A stretch of 64,000 nt of DNA from an uncultured Stakelama sp. (GCA_964521615.1 CAZFTL010000003.1:240332-304331); one strand, 5' to 3'; shown: positions 9,449-18,663, counted from the stretch's first letter. Program-made: numbers and translations. The notes: generated by a model not told the origin, from the letters alone.

Positions 9449-11220
9449 TGGAGCGGCCACACCGCCAGGATGAGCGGCGTCCCGACCAGGACTACCAGCA
9501 CCGATAATGGCGCGCCCAATCGCGCATAGTCGCCGAACTTGTAGCCACCGGGGCCGAACACCAAAGTATTGCACTGGTGCCCGATCGGCGTGAGGAAATC
9601 GCACCCCGCCCCCATCGCCGTCGCAATCAGGAACGCTTCCGGCCGATAACCGAGATCGTGCGCGAATACCGCGGCGATCGGCGCCATGACCAAGACGGTA
9701 GCGGCGTTGTTGAGGAACGGCGTGACCGCCATCGCCGCGACGAGGATCAGGGCAACCGCGCCCCAGGGCGGCAGGTTGGCCGCGACATGGGCCAGCCAGG
9801 TCGCCAGGATATCCGAGGCGCCTGTGGTGCGCAGCGTATCGCTGACCGGGATCAGCGCGCCGAGCATGATCAGGATCGGCCATTCGACGCTCTCATAGGC
9901 TTCCGCCAGCGGCAAGGCGCCAATCGCCATGGTGAGCGCCGCGGCGGCGAAAAAGGCGACGGCGACCGGCACGTAGCCCGTCGCGGTCGCGATCATCGCG
10001 ACTGCCAGGATCGCGACCGGCAGTAATCCCTTGCGCGTCCCGCCGAGCCGAAGCGAGCGCTCCGCCAGCGGCAGGGCGCCGAGTTCGGGCAAGCGCTCCG
10101 GCAACAGGCTGAGGGGGCCTTGCAGGACGATGACGTCGCCTGCACGCAATACCGTGCCCCCCAGCCGATGAGTCAACCGTTCGCCTTCGCGCGACACGGC
10201 GATCAGGTTGATGCCGAGCCGCCGCTGCATCTGGATGCGGCTGGCGGTCCGCCCGATCAGCGGAGAACTGGTCGAGATAACCGCCTCTATCACGCCGATC
10301 TCGTCGTCCTTGCGATCTTCCGGCACTTCGCGCTCGGACCCCGCAAGGGCCAACTTGTTCGTCGCGATGATCCGTTCGAGAACGTCGGGCTCGCCGCCAA
10401 GGATGAGCGTGTCGCCTTCGCGCAGCGTCATCCAGGGCCGCGGCTGACTGCGCATGCCCGCGCGCATCACGCTCGTCACGGTGACGTCCCTGTCGTGACG
10501 ATCGCAGAATTGATCGACCGTCTCGTCGATCGCCGGCGAGCCTTCGCCGATCGTGACCTCGGTGACGTAATCCTTGATGTCGAGCGCTTCGCCCATGCTC
10601 GGTACGCCGCGACGGTCGCGGGGGAGCAGGCGATAGCCGAAGCGCAGAAAGATCAGGCCGACCACCAGCAGACCGAAGCCGGTCGGGAAATAGTCGAACA
10701 TGCGGAAGGGCTGTCCGACCATGTCCTGGCGGACCTTGCTGACGATGATGTTGGGCGACGTTCCGACCAGCGTCATGAGCCCACCGAGCAGCGATGCGAA
10801 CGACATCGGCATCAGGAAGACCGATGGCGACGCCTTGTTCTTCTTCGCCATCTGGAACGCCGCGGGCATCAGCATCGCGAGCGCGCCGACGTTCTTGACC
10901 AGTGCCGAGGACAGCCCGACCGATGCCGTCAGCACCAGCAATTGCGTGCGGATTCTGGTGACACGCCCCGCGATCAGCGCAAGCGCGCGCTCCATCACGC
11001 CGGATCGCTGCACCGCCGCCGAGATCACGAGCGCCGAGCCGACGATGATCACGATGTCGTCGGAAAAGCCGGTGAACGCTTCCTTCGGCTTGACGATACC
11101 GAGCGCGAGACCGGCGAGCAGCGCCAGCATGGCAGTGACGTCGTAACGGAAGCGGCCCCAGAGAAACATCGCCATCATCGCCACGAGAAGCGCGATCGAC
11201 AGATATTGGGGCGTGGTCAT
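9445..11220 (-). CDS. SLC13/DASS-type anion permease with two internal TrkA-C (RCK_C) domains
   Basis: 591 aa. Two multi-TM halves flank two soluble repeats (...TVTSVMRAGMRSQPRPWMTLREGDTLILGG... and ...LIAVSREGERLTHRLGGTVLRAGDVIVLQG...). Confidence 0.85.
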   Translation of the reverse strand: MTTPQYLSIALLVAMMAMFLWGRFRYDVTAMLALLAGLALGIVKPKEAFTGFSDDIVIIVGSALVISAAVQRSGVMERALALIAGRVTRIRTQLLVLTASVGLSSALVKNVGALAMLMPAAFQMAKKNKASPSVFLMPMSFASLLGGLMTLVGTSPNIIVSKVRQDMVGQPFRMFDYFPTGFGLLVVGLIFLRFGYRLLPRDRRGVPSMGEALDIKDYVTEVTIGEGSPAIDETVDQFCDRHDRDVTVTSVMRAGMRSQPRPWMTLREGDTLILGGEPDVLERIIATNKLALAGSEREVPEDRKDDEIGVIEAVISTSSPLIGRTASRIQMQRRLGINLIAVSREGERLTHRLGGTVLRAGDVIVLQGPLSLLPERLPELGALPLAERSLRLGGTRKGLLPVAILAVAMIATATGYVPVAVAFFAAAALTMAIGALPLAEAYESVEWPILIMLGALIPVSDTLRTTGASDILATWLAHVAANLPPWGAVALILVAAMAVTPFLNNAATVLVMAPIAAVFAHDLGYRPEAFLIATAMGAGCDFLTPIGHQCNTLVFGPGGYKFGDYARLGAPLSVLVVLVGTPLILAVWPLH

Positions 11221-11300
11221 CCGGCCTCGTTCGCTAGGTTCCTGAAAAGCGGAAACACACGAAACCGAAACAATCTCCCGCGGAAAGCGCCTGATTTGGA

Positions 11301-11507
11301 TTAGTGGACGGTTCCCACCGCGCGGCCGTGCGCCATCAGGACGATCAGCCGCTCGATCTGGCGCCAGCGGCAGAAATTGATGTGGTTGCCGAGATCGCGG
11401 CTCTTGTCGGCACGCGCCGCCGCCTCGAAGCCGGCATCGTCGCCGAACGCCGCCATCAGTTCCTGCGCGGCATCGACCGACGAACGATCAGCGAGATAAA
11501 GGTGCAT
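11301..11507 (-). CDS. Small conserved-looking hypothetical protein (68 aa)
   Basis: Good codon bias. MHLYLADRSSVDAAQELMAAFGDDAGFEAAARADKSRDLGNHINFCRWRQIERLI... No family assigned. Confidence 0.4.
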   Translation of the reverse strand: MHLYLADRSSVDAAQELMAAFGDDAGFEAAARADKSRDLGNHINFCRWRQIERLIVLMAHGRAVGTVH

Positions 11508-11683
11508 GCGATACTCCGACTGGCCAGCACCCCGGCACTACAAGGCGCATGCCAGCGACGCGGGATCGGCGGAAAGAGCGCGATGCGGTGGTAAATTGCC
11601 GTGCACCATGATGGCATGACCTGCCCCACGGGTCCCATGCCGGGACACTGGCGTCCGATCATGGAACATGGCAGGCAGCGGCC

Positions 11684-11866
11684 ATGAGACCGAATCCGCC
11701 GCAATCGACCGCCCCCGCCGCCGGTGGATGCCTGCTCGCGCTTGGCGTGATCGGCGGCGCCATCGCCGGGATCATCCTGCATCAGACCAGCCTCGGGATC
11801 GTGCTCGGCATTGCGGGCGGCGCGATTGCCGCCACGATCGTCTTCCTGATCGACCGCCGGCGTTAG
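11684..11866 (+). CDS. Small membrane protein (60 aa, two Gly-rich TM helices)
   Basis: CLLALGVIGGAIAGIIL ... IVLGIAGGAIAATIVFLIDRRR. Coding status is uncertain. Confidence 0.35.
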   Translation: MRPNPPQSTAPAAGGCLLALGVIGGAIAGIILHQTSLGIVLGIAGGAIAATIVFLIDRRR

Positions 11867-11877
11867 GCCAGCGGCGG

Positions 11878-12513
11878 TCAGCCGAGCGCCCGCGTCAACC
11901 GCACGACCCTTCCGACGACGACCACGCGATCGGCACGCACCGGCGGGGTGACGGGTGCGGCGGGATTGTCGCTCGTGACGTGGATCTCGAGCCCCAACCG
12001 CGCGACACGCTTCACAAGTAACGCATCGTCCAGCCGGATCACGAAGATCCCCGGCCGCGACGACAAACGGCGGTCCGCGATGTCGACGAACAGTGCGTCG
12101 CCGTCATGGATCAACGGCTCCATCGAACTGCCCCGCGCGGTGATCATGGTCAGCGTCGCCGGCGACACGCCGAGCCGCGCGACCACGCGCGGGTCGATCC
12201 GCTCTTCCCCGCCATTGCGATCGTCATCCACCAGCCCACCGGCCCCGGCATGCGCGTCGGCATCGATCCGGCGCACGGCGACCATCTCCGGCGAGCGGGC
12301 AATTCCCCCCAACGCGCTTTCATCGACATCGAAATAGGCGGCGAGCCAGCGCCGGTCGCGCTCGTCGAGCCGCCGGGGCGTCCCGCGCTTCACGAATTGC
12401 TGGAGATAGGCGTCGTTGCGCCCGAGCGCGCGCGACAGCCAGGCAAGGCTGCTTCCCGCCTCGGTCGCCAGCTCGGCCAGCGTGGATCGCGCATCAACCA
12501 TCGTTGCCACCAT
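11878..12513 (-). CDS. HTH (XRE/CI-like) repressor fused to S24 LexA-type self-cleaving peptidase
   Basis: C-terminal S24 signature (RGSSMEP...LLVKRV, a Ser/Lys dyad) and an N-terminal HTH (STLAELATEAGSSLAWLSRAL). ATG 12513 was preferred to the track's TTG 12537. Confidence 0.8.
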   Translation of the reverse strand: MVATMVDARSTLAELATEAGSSLAWLSRALGRNDAYLQQFVKRGTPRRLDERDRRWLAAYFDVDESALGGIARSPEMVAVRRIDADAHAGAGGLVDDDRNGGEERIDPRVVARLGVSPATLTMITARGSSMEPLIHDGDALFVDIADRRLSSRPGIFVIRLDDALLVKRVARLGLEIHVTSDNPAAPVTPPVRADRVVVVGRVVRLTRALG

Positions 12514-12518
12514 AGCCG

Positions 12519-12532
12519 TAGGAAATTTCCTA
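12519..12532. promoter_or_regulatory. Perfect 14-bp palindrome TAGGAAATTTCCTA (candidate operator)
   Basis: Lies just upstream of the preferred repressor start, in the low-GC divergent region shared with the 12602 small gene. Confidence 0.4.
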
Positions 12533-12601
12533 GACAAGTTGGAAAATGGAACAGATCATGAACATCTAGCGAATCGACAATCAGTAAAGAGGCCCGGACA
12601 G

Positions 12602-12784
12602 ATGCATATCGGACGCGAGGTGGAGAAGTTTTTGCGGCGCTCGAACATGCCGCCGACGCGCTTCGGTCGGCTGGCGGTAAACGACCCACGGCTGGTCGGC
12701 GACCTGCGCAACGGGCGCGAACCGGGCAGCCGCATCAGCCGCCGCATCGTCGACTTCATCGCCAGTCAGGACGCAGCCCGGTGA
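12602..12784 (+). CDS. Small basic hypothetical protein (60 aa), divergent from the S24 repressor
   Basis: MHIGREVEKFLRRSNMPPTRFGRLAVNDPRLVGDLRNGREPGSRISRRIVDFI... Its stop overlaps the next start (GTGA). Confidence 0.45.
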   Translation: MHIGREVEKFLRRSNMPPTRFGRLAVNDPRLVGDLRNGREPGSRISRRIVDFIASQDAAR

Positions 12785-13074
12785 GCCGAATCGAACGCGA
12801 GCTCATCAAACTGGTGACCGATTCGGCGGCAGTGGCCACGCCAGGCGCCGTCGCCACATTGGTGCGCAGCCGCGACTGGTCGTCGTCGCTGTTCAACGGA
12901 GCGCGACTGACGCTCGACATCGCGGCGCCGGAAAGCGAAACCTTCGAAACCTGGCTGGCCAACCTGCCCGATGCCGAGTTCAGGCTACGGGGCCATTTCG
13001 TCGCCAGCGCCGATATCGTCGAACGGCGTGCTGGGATGGCGACGATCGAATTCCTGCTGGTCGAGGAAAACTAG
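12781..13074 (+). CDS. Hypothetical protein (97 aa)
   Basis: Translationally coupled to the preceding small ORF and has good codon bias. No motif recognised. Confidence 0.45.
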   Translation: MSRIERELIKLVTDSAAVATPGAVATLVRSRDWSSSLFNGARLTLDIAAPESETFETWLANLPDAEFRLRGHFVASADIVERRAGMATIEFLLVEEN

Positions 13075-13110
13075 GACTCGGGCACCGCCCTGGTCCGGCT
13101 CGCGGACGTT

Positions 13111-14118
13111 TCAGCCAACCCGCGAAGCAAGTTGGCGAAGCACGCCGAGAGTTTCCTCGAGCGATCCCGCGGCGGGTACGTCCTCCGCAGGTGTTTCAAC
13201 GACCGGCACTGCGGCTTCCTTGCGCTTGGCCACACCGCGTTCGAGGCGTTCGAGCAAATCGTGGATCGTCGCCGCTGGCAGCGGTGCCGACGTCTCGGAG
13301 CGCACCATCGGGGTCAGTTCGAAGGTTTCGATCCGCTCGTGCGGCGCGAAGCGCGATGTCGGCGCGTCGACCGGCCATCCGGCGGCCGGCGGCTTGGGCG
13401 AGATCGGGACGATGCGCGGCTCGGGCTCGGCGACCAGCTCGGGCACCGGCGCATCGGCGCGAATCGGCACCGGCGCCATGGCGGGCGCCTCCATCCGGCC
13501 GAGTGGAAGGGGCTCCGGGTCGGGCAGCGGTGGGTCGAGAGGCCCGCGATAGGTCGAAAGCGGTGTATCGAGATCGGCGGGAATCGACCGCTCGTCGATC
13601 GTGTCGGGTTCGAATGCGGCGGCATCGGCGATCGACATGGCGGGCGGCGGCGAGTCGGCGGTCACTTCGAGAAAGGGCGTCCCCAGATCGCGATGGGCGA
13701 AGACGGGACGGCGTGGCGGCGCATCGGGATGCGCGTCGGCGCGGCGCAGCACCGGCACGCCATCCTCGCGCTGGCCGCGGCCCAGCACGACCGTGCGGTT
13801 CCCGACCAGCAGGAAGAGCGCGAACCAGCTAACGCCACCGACCGCGAGCGCGACCAGGAAAGCAATGGCGAGATGCGCGGTGGCACCAAGCGGCGGCTGC
13901 GCGGCGGTCACGAAAGAAGCGATGCCGCTATCGACCACCAGATCCTCGATCACCGATATCGGCATGATCAGGAACATCAGGGCGGCCAGCGCCGCGAGGA
14001 CGAGCGCAGCGGCCGGCGCCACCGGCACGACGAGGCGCGCCGCCCCGCCACCGCCGCCAAACAAGGCCGCGGTCGGCAAGGAGAAATTCAGGCGCTGGCG
14101 ACCGCGGGTGGCGTCCAT
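13111..14118 (-). CDS. Membrane protein with a long Pro-rich disordered tail
   Basis: Two or three TM segments near the N-terminus, then a P/A/E-rich region. Overlaps the glycosyltransferase stop by about 30 nt, so the true start may be internal. Confidence 0.45.
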   Translation of the reverse strand: MDATRGRQRLNFSLPTAALFGGGGGAARLVVPVAPAAALVLAALAALMFLIMPISVIEDLVVDSGIASFVTAAQPPLGATAHLAIAFLVALAVGGVSWFALFLLVGNRTVVLGRGQREDGVPVLRRADAHPDAPPRRPVFAHRDLGTPFLEVTADSPPPAMSIADAAAFEPDTIDERSIPADLDTPLSTYRGPLDPPLPDPEPLPLGRMEAPAMAPVPIRADAPVPELVAEPEPRIVPISPKPPAAGWPVDAPTSRFAPHERIETFELTPMVRSETSAPLPAATIHDLLERLERGVAKRKEAAVPVVETPAEDVPAAGSLEETLGVLRQLASRVG

Positions 14119-15332
14119 TTCAGGTCCGTTTTCCGAGCTTCGACTAGTCGTTGGTAAACGGGGGCGTAACGCGAAATGTTTGACGACCAGTTACGATCGC
14201 GTTCGACGAAGGTGCGCGCCCTGCTTCGCCGCGCTTCCCATCCCTGGCGATCGGCGAAGATGCCGGCCAGCGCATCCGCGATCGCGCCGGGATCGCCAGG
14301 CGCGAACAGCGTTCCAGTGTCACCGTCGCGGATCAATTCGCGATGCCCGCCGACATCCGATGCCGCAACCAGTCGACGCTGCGCCATCGCCTCGAGCGGC
14401 TTGAGCGGGGTGACCAGATCGGTCAGGCGCATCTTCTTGCGCGGGTAAGCGAGTACATCCACCAGGCTATAATAGCGCTCAACCTCGGTATGCGGAACGC
14501 GTCCGACGAATCGGATCGCACCGGCGACCGGCGAGGCGGCGGCCTGCGCTCGCAAGGCGGCCTCCATCGGGCCCCCGCCGACCAGCAGCAGCTTGGCGGC
14601 CGGCCGGAGCGCAACCAACGCCGGCATCGCCGCGATCAGGTCGTCGAGTCCTTCATAGTCGTAGAAACTGCCGATGAAGCCGACGACATCGTCGTCGATC
14701 GCCAAGCCCAGTTCGGCGGCCAGCGCCGCATCGCGCGGCAACGGTTCGCCGAACAGGGTCAGGTCGACGCCGTTGGGCGACACCATGATCTTTGCGGGTT
14801 CGATGCCACGCGCGATGAGGTCGCCCCTCAGCCCCTCGCAGATCACCGCGATAGCATCGGCCCGGCGCACCGCGCGCGTTTCGAGCCAGCGCGTCGCGCG
14901 ATAGCGCAGCGACCCTTCGGTGCCCGTGCCGTTACCGACCGCCGCGTCCTCCCAGAACGCGCGAATCTCATAGAGTACGGGAAGGCCGAGTCGCTTGCCC
15001 GCGCGCAACGCCGCCATCGCGTCGAGTACCGGCGAATGCGCGTGAATCACGTCCGGCCGAAAGTCCCGCGCGACTTGTGCCACGCGGTCGGCCAGCGCCG
15101 CGATCTCGCGCCATTCGCGGAGCGGGCTTTTCGCTGCCGTCGGCACCTCGGTCCGGTAGAAATCGAGGCCGTCGACGACTTCCGCATAGACCTTCGCGAC
15201 CCCATGCCGCGCCCCGGTCACCGCCGCGACCTGCCAGCCGCGGGCGATCTGGGCCTTGAGGATGGCGCGGGTGCGGAAGGTATAGCCGCTCTGCAGCGGC
15301 AGACCGTGGTCGAGGACGTGAAGGATACGCAT
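14088..15332 (-). CDS. GT4 family glycosyltransferase, resembling the exosortase-A-associated type
   Basis: The N-terminus MRILHVLDHGLPLQSGYTFRTRAILKAQ matches my recollection of the TIGR04063-type family. GT-B C-terminal half (VGFIGSFYDYEGLDDL...ASDVGGHRELI). Confidence 0.8.
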   Translation of the reverse strand: MRILHVLDHGLPLQSGYTFRTRAILKAQIARGWQVAAVTGARHGVAKVYAEVVDGLDFYRTEVPTAAKSPLREWREIAALADRVAQVARDFRPDVIHAHSPVLDAMAALRAGKRLGLPVLYEIRAFWEDAAVGNGTGTEGSLRYRATRWLETRAVRRADAIAVICEGLRGDLIARGIEPAKIMVSPNGVDLTLFGEPLPRDAALAAELGLAIDDDVVGFIGSFYDYEGLDDLIAAMPALVALRPAAKLLLVGGGPMEAALRAQAAASPVAGAIRFVGRVPHTEVERYYSLVDVLAYPRKKMRLTDLVTPLKPLEAMAQRRLVAASDVGGHRELIRDGDTGTLFAPGDPGAIADALAGIFADRQGWEARRSRARTFVERDRNWSSNISRYAPVYQRLVEARKTDLKWTPPAVASA

Positions 15333-15418
15333 CGCCGGTCCCCATGCCATGCGACTGTTTAACGGCGCGTCAACCCGGCGGCGTTAGGCAGGTTGCTCAC
15401 GCAGGCGGATACGGGCTG

Positions 15419-15544
15419 ATGATCGACAATTTCGCACTGGCAATCAGCCATGGCCTGATGATGCTCGCCATCTGGTTCCTGCTGCGCCGCCGCGACCTCG
15501 ACGACGAGCGTCCCGAGCCGCCGAGCAAGATGAAGCGGCGATGA
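15419..15544 (+). CDS. Possible 41-aa single-TM micro-protein
   Basis: MIDNFALAISHGLMMLAIWFLLRRRDLDDERPEPPSKMKRR. Its TGA overlaps the ATG of the ligase-like gene (ATGA). Confidence 0.3.
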   Translation: MIDNFALAISHGLMMLAIWFLLRRRDLDDERPEPPSKMKRR

Positions 15545-16917
15545 TCCACGATCTCGCTTTTGTCGGCTTCCTGGGCATATTTTTCGCGCTGGCATTTCGC
15601 CGGCCGTTCCTGTTCATCCTGAGCTACGTCTATATCGACGTCGTCTCGCCGCAGCGGCTCACCTACCTCCTGCTCAACTCGGTGCCGATCTCGCTGATCG
15701 CTGTCGCGCTCGCGGTCGGATCCTGGGCGCTGATCGACGACAAGAAGGACAGCCGCGTGGCGCCGCGGCAATTCGCCATGGTGATCCTGCTGGCCTGGTG
15801 CGCCTTCACCACGACCAAGGCCGACTTTCCGGTCGAAGCGCTGGATAAATGGGACTGGGTCTGGAAGTGCCTGGCCTTCGCGGCGTTCCTGCCGCTGACC
15901 CTGCGCACCCGCCTCAGGATCGAGGCGCTGCTCACCTTCATGATCCTGTCAGCGGCATCGATCATCATCGTCGGCGGGATCAAGACCCTGGCGGGCGGCG
16001 GCGGCTATGGCGAGCTCAACCTGATGGTCCAGAACAATTCGGGGCTGTACGAGGGATCGACCATCTCGACGGTGGCGATCGCGATCATTCCCGTCATCCT
16101 GTGGCTGGAGAAATACGGCACGATTTTCCCCGACGGCTGGAAACGCAAACTGTTCTGCTACGCGCTGGTCTTCGCCTGCCTGCTGATCCCGATCGGCACG
16201 TCCACCCGTACCGGCCTGTTGTGCATCGGGCTGCTGGCGATGCTGATGCTGCGCAATTCGAAGCGCAAGTTCCTCTATCTCGGCCTTGTCGCCACGATGG
16301 CGCTGGTCGCGGTGCCATTCCTGCCGAAATCGTTCACCGACCGGATGAGCACGATCAAGACGTACCAGCAGGACGAGTCCGCCGCGACGCGGGTCGCGGT
16401 GTGGAAATGGACCTGGGAATACGTCAAGCAGCACCCGCTGGGCGGCGGCTTCGAAATGTATCGCCAGAACCACATCCGCTACGACATCGTGAAGACCGAC
16501 GGCACGGCGGACAATGCCAAGCTGGACACGACGCTGACGGTCGATCGCGCCCGCGCCTATCACTCGGCCTATTTCGAGATGCTCGGCGAACAGGGCTGGC
16601 CGGGATTGATCCTGTGGCTGCTGATCAGCGTCGGTGGCCTGGTACGGATGGAAGTGATCCGTCAACGCTACAAGAAAGCGGGCGAGGACTATGCCTGGGT
16701 CGCGCCGCTCGCGAGCGCGCTGCAGGCTGGCCAGTTGCTCTACATGCTCGGCGCCTGCTTCATCGCGATCGCGTTCCAGCCATTCATCTTCCAGCTGATC
16801 GGCGCGCAGATCGGGCTCGACACGTATCTCAAGCGGCGGCGTGCGGAAGAAAGCTTCCGACCGATGAAGCGCGTCAAGCCAGCCGCCGCGACCCCGCCCA
16901 ATCCGGCAATGGCATGA
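15541..16917 (+). CDS. O-antigen ligase (Wzy_C) family protein, putative O-glycosylation ligase
   Basis: 458 aa with about 10-12 TM segments and one large loop. The N-terminal pattern FRRPFLFILSYVYIDVVSPQRL resembles exosortase-A-associated ligases. Confidence 0.75.
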   Translation: MIHDLAFVGFLGIFFALAFRRPFLFILSYVYIDVVSPQRLTYLLLNSVPISLIAVALAVGSWALIDDKKDSRVAPRQFAMVILLAWCAFTTTKADFPVEALDKWDWVWKCLAFAAFLPLTLRTRLRIEALLTFMILSAASIIIVGGIKTLAGGGGYGELNLMVQNNSGLYEGSTISTVAIAIIPVILWLEKYGTIFPDGWKRKLFCYALVFACLLIPIGTSTRTGLLCIGLLAMLMLRNSKRKFLYLGLVATMALVAVPFLPKSFTDRMSTIKTYQQDESAATRVAVWKWTWEYVKQHPLGGGFEMYRQNHIRYDIVKTDGTADNAKLDTTLTVDRARAYHSAYFEMLGEQGWPGLILWLLISVGGLVRMEVIRQRYKKAGEDYAWVAPLASALQAGQLLYMLGACFIAIAFQPFIFQLIGAQIGLDTYLKRRRAEESFRPMKRVKPAAATPPNPAMA

Positions 16918-18083
16918 ACCGCCCCGAGCTTCGCGCCCTGACCAGCGTGCGCGGTATCGCCGCGTGGATGGTGGTGCTCTATCACATCCGCCTGACCATC
17001 GACGGCCTGCCCCCCGCCTGGGTGCACGTCTTCGCCAAGGGGTATCTGGCGGTCGACTTCTTCTTCCTGTTGTCCGGCTTCGTCATCTGGCTGAGCTGGG
17101 GCGACCGGCTGCGCACCGAGGGCTGGCGCGGCGTTCCGGCCTTTCTGCGAAAGCGGATTGCGCGAATCTGGCCGTTGCACCTGGTCGTGCTCGGCGGCGC
17201 GACCCTGCTCGCGCTCGCGCTGACCGTCACGGGACGCCACGACCCGCGCGAATTCCCCTTCCATGAGCTGCCGTTGCACATTTTCCTGGTGCAGAATTGG
17301 GGGTTCACCGACAAGCTGACCTGGAACGACCCCGCCTGGTCGATCAGTTGCGAGCTCGCCGCCTACCTGCTTTTTCCCGTTCTTGTCCGGGCAGTCGACT
17401 GGCGAGCGCTGCCCAGCTGGCTCGTGGCGTCGGCCGCCGCCGCCTTCCTCCTGCTGCTGGCAGCCGCCACTGCTCATTTGCCGACGCTCGGCTACGACAT
17501 CGCGCATTACGGCGTCATACGCTGCCTTACCGAATTCTCGGCCGGCAGTGCGCTGTGCGCCCTGTGGTTGCGCTGGCGCGACCGCCCCGCCCTGCCTGCT
17601 ATCCTCGCCTTCGCGCTGGCCGGCATCATGATCGCTGGCTTGGCCGCCGGGATGCCCGAACAACTTGCGGTCCCGTTCGCTTTCGCCGCCTTGCTGCTTG
17701 GCCTTGCGCTGACGTCCGGTATGCGCGGCAATCCGCTCGATTGGGCGCCGCTCCATTATCTGGGCGAGATCAGCTATGCGACGTACCTGTCGCATTTCAT
17801 GCTGTTCGTGGTGTTCAAGTTGGTGTTCGTCAGCAACGCGCATGCCGTGCCGCCGGTGCTGATCGGCCTGTTCCTGGCAATGGTGCTGGCAACCTCGATC
17901 GCGCTCTACCATCTGGTCGAGCGCCCGGCGCAACGATGGGTGAATACCCTAAAATTCCTCCCCGCCTACCGGGAGAAGGAGCAAGGCGCGAAGCGGCCTG
18001 GTGGAGGGGGCGCTTCCCACGGATATGGTCTCGTGGAGGAGCCCCTCCACCACTCGCTACGCGAGCGGTCGCCCTCCCCGTAA
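16914..18083 (+). CDS. Acyltransferase family 3 (O-acyltransferase) membrane protein
   Basis: ATG 16914 overlaps the preceding stop (ATGA). LTSVRGIAAWMVVLYHI...GYLAVDFFFLLSGFVI is the AT3 signature. The last 40 or so codons run into a repeat element. Confidence 0.8.
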   Translation: MNRPELRALTSVRGIAAWMVVLYHIRLTIDGLPPAWVHVFAKGYLAVDFFFLLSGFVIWLSWGDRLRTEGWRGVPAFLRKRIARIWPLHLVVLGGATLLALALTVTGRHDPREFPFHELPLHIFLVQNWGFTDKLTWNDPAWSISCELAAYLLFPVLVRAVDWRALPSWLVASAAAAFLLLLAAATAHLPTLGYDIAHYGVIRCLTEFSAGSALCALWLRWRDRPALPAILAFALAGIMIAGLAAGMPEQLAVPFAFAALLLGLALTSGMRGNPLDWAPLHYLGEISYATYLSHFMLFVVFKLVFVSNAHAVPPVLIGLFLAMVLATSIALYHLVERPAQRWVNTLKFLPAYREKEQGAKRPGGGGASHGYGLVEEPLHHSLRERSPSP

Positions 18084-18095
18084 ACGGGGAGGATT
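17955..18095. repeat. Family-A hairpin/IR element (TCCTCCCCG...CGGGGAGGA ends)
   Basis: Terminal inverted short hairpins plus an internal GTGGAGGGG...CCCCTCCAC repeat. Same architecture as 23081, 28951 and 32127. Confidence 0.5.
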
Positions 18096-18099
18096 TGGC

Positions 18100-18663
18100 T
18101 CAAGCCTCGGCCAGCTCCTCCTCCAACGCCGCGATGATCGCCTGGTTGAAGGCCGGGATATCGTCCGGCTTGCGGCTGGTGATCAGCTTGCCGTCGATGA
18201 CCACATCCTGATCGAACACCTCGGCACCGGCATTTTCCAGGTCGGTGCGGATCGACGGCCAGCCGGTGACCTTGCGGCCGTCGACCACGTCGGCCTCGAC
18301 CAGCAGCCAGGGACCGTGACAGATGGCCGCGACGATCTTTTCGTCGTCCATGAATTCCTCGACGATCTGGACCGCTCGGCCCTGCAACCGCATCTTGTCG
18401 GGATTGCCGACGCCGCCGGGAATGACGAGGGCGTCGAATTCCTCCGTGTCGATATCGCGCAGGGTCAGTTCGGGCGTGATGGTGTCGGCCTTTTCGCCGC
18501 CTTTTTCGCCCTGGATCGGATCGGTGTCGATCGACGCCAACGTCACCGTGGCCCCGGCATCGAGCAATGCCTGGCGCGGCTTGAACAATTCGTCATTCTC
18601 GAACCCGCTGGTCGCGATCATCAGCACACGCGCGTTGGTCAATCGGGCGGTCGAATCGGCCAT
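18100..18663 (-). CDS. DJ-1/PfpI family protein (type 1 glutamine amidotransferase-like)
   Basis: 187 aa. VLMIATSGFENDEL...DALVIPGG...AAICHGPWLL contains the nucleophile-elbow Cys. This is only the 3' end of the 936-aa track ORF. Confidence 0.85.
   Translation of the reverse strand: MADSTARLTNARVLMIATSGFENDELFKPRQALLDAGATVTLASIDTDPIQGEKGGEKADTITPELTLRDIDTEEFDALVIPGGVGNPDKMRLQGRAVQIVEEFMDDEKIVAAICHGPWLLVEADVVDGRKVTGWPSIRTDLENAGAEVFDQDVVIDGKLITSRKPDDIPAFNQAIIAALEEELAEA

Noticed and set aside
11301-13074. Prophage or integrative element around the S24 repressor
   Set aside because: The window has no integrase, excisionase, replication, structural or lysis genes, no tRNA attachment site and no direct repeats. 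It is kept only as an orphan switch module.
15849-16913. N-terminal 355 codons of track ORF 15849..18083
   Set aside because: This part overlaps the O-antigen-ligase-like gene in another frame and is Arg/Pro/Gly-rich. The acyltransferase signature begins at ATG 16914, which is coupled to the ligase stop.
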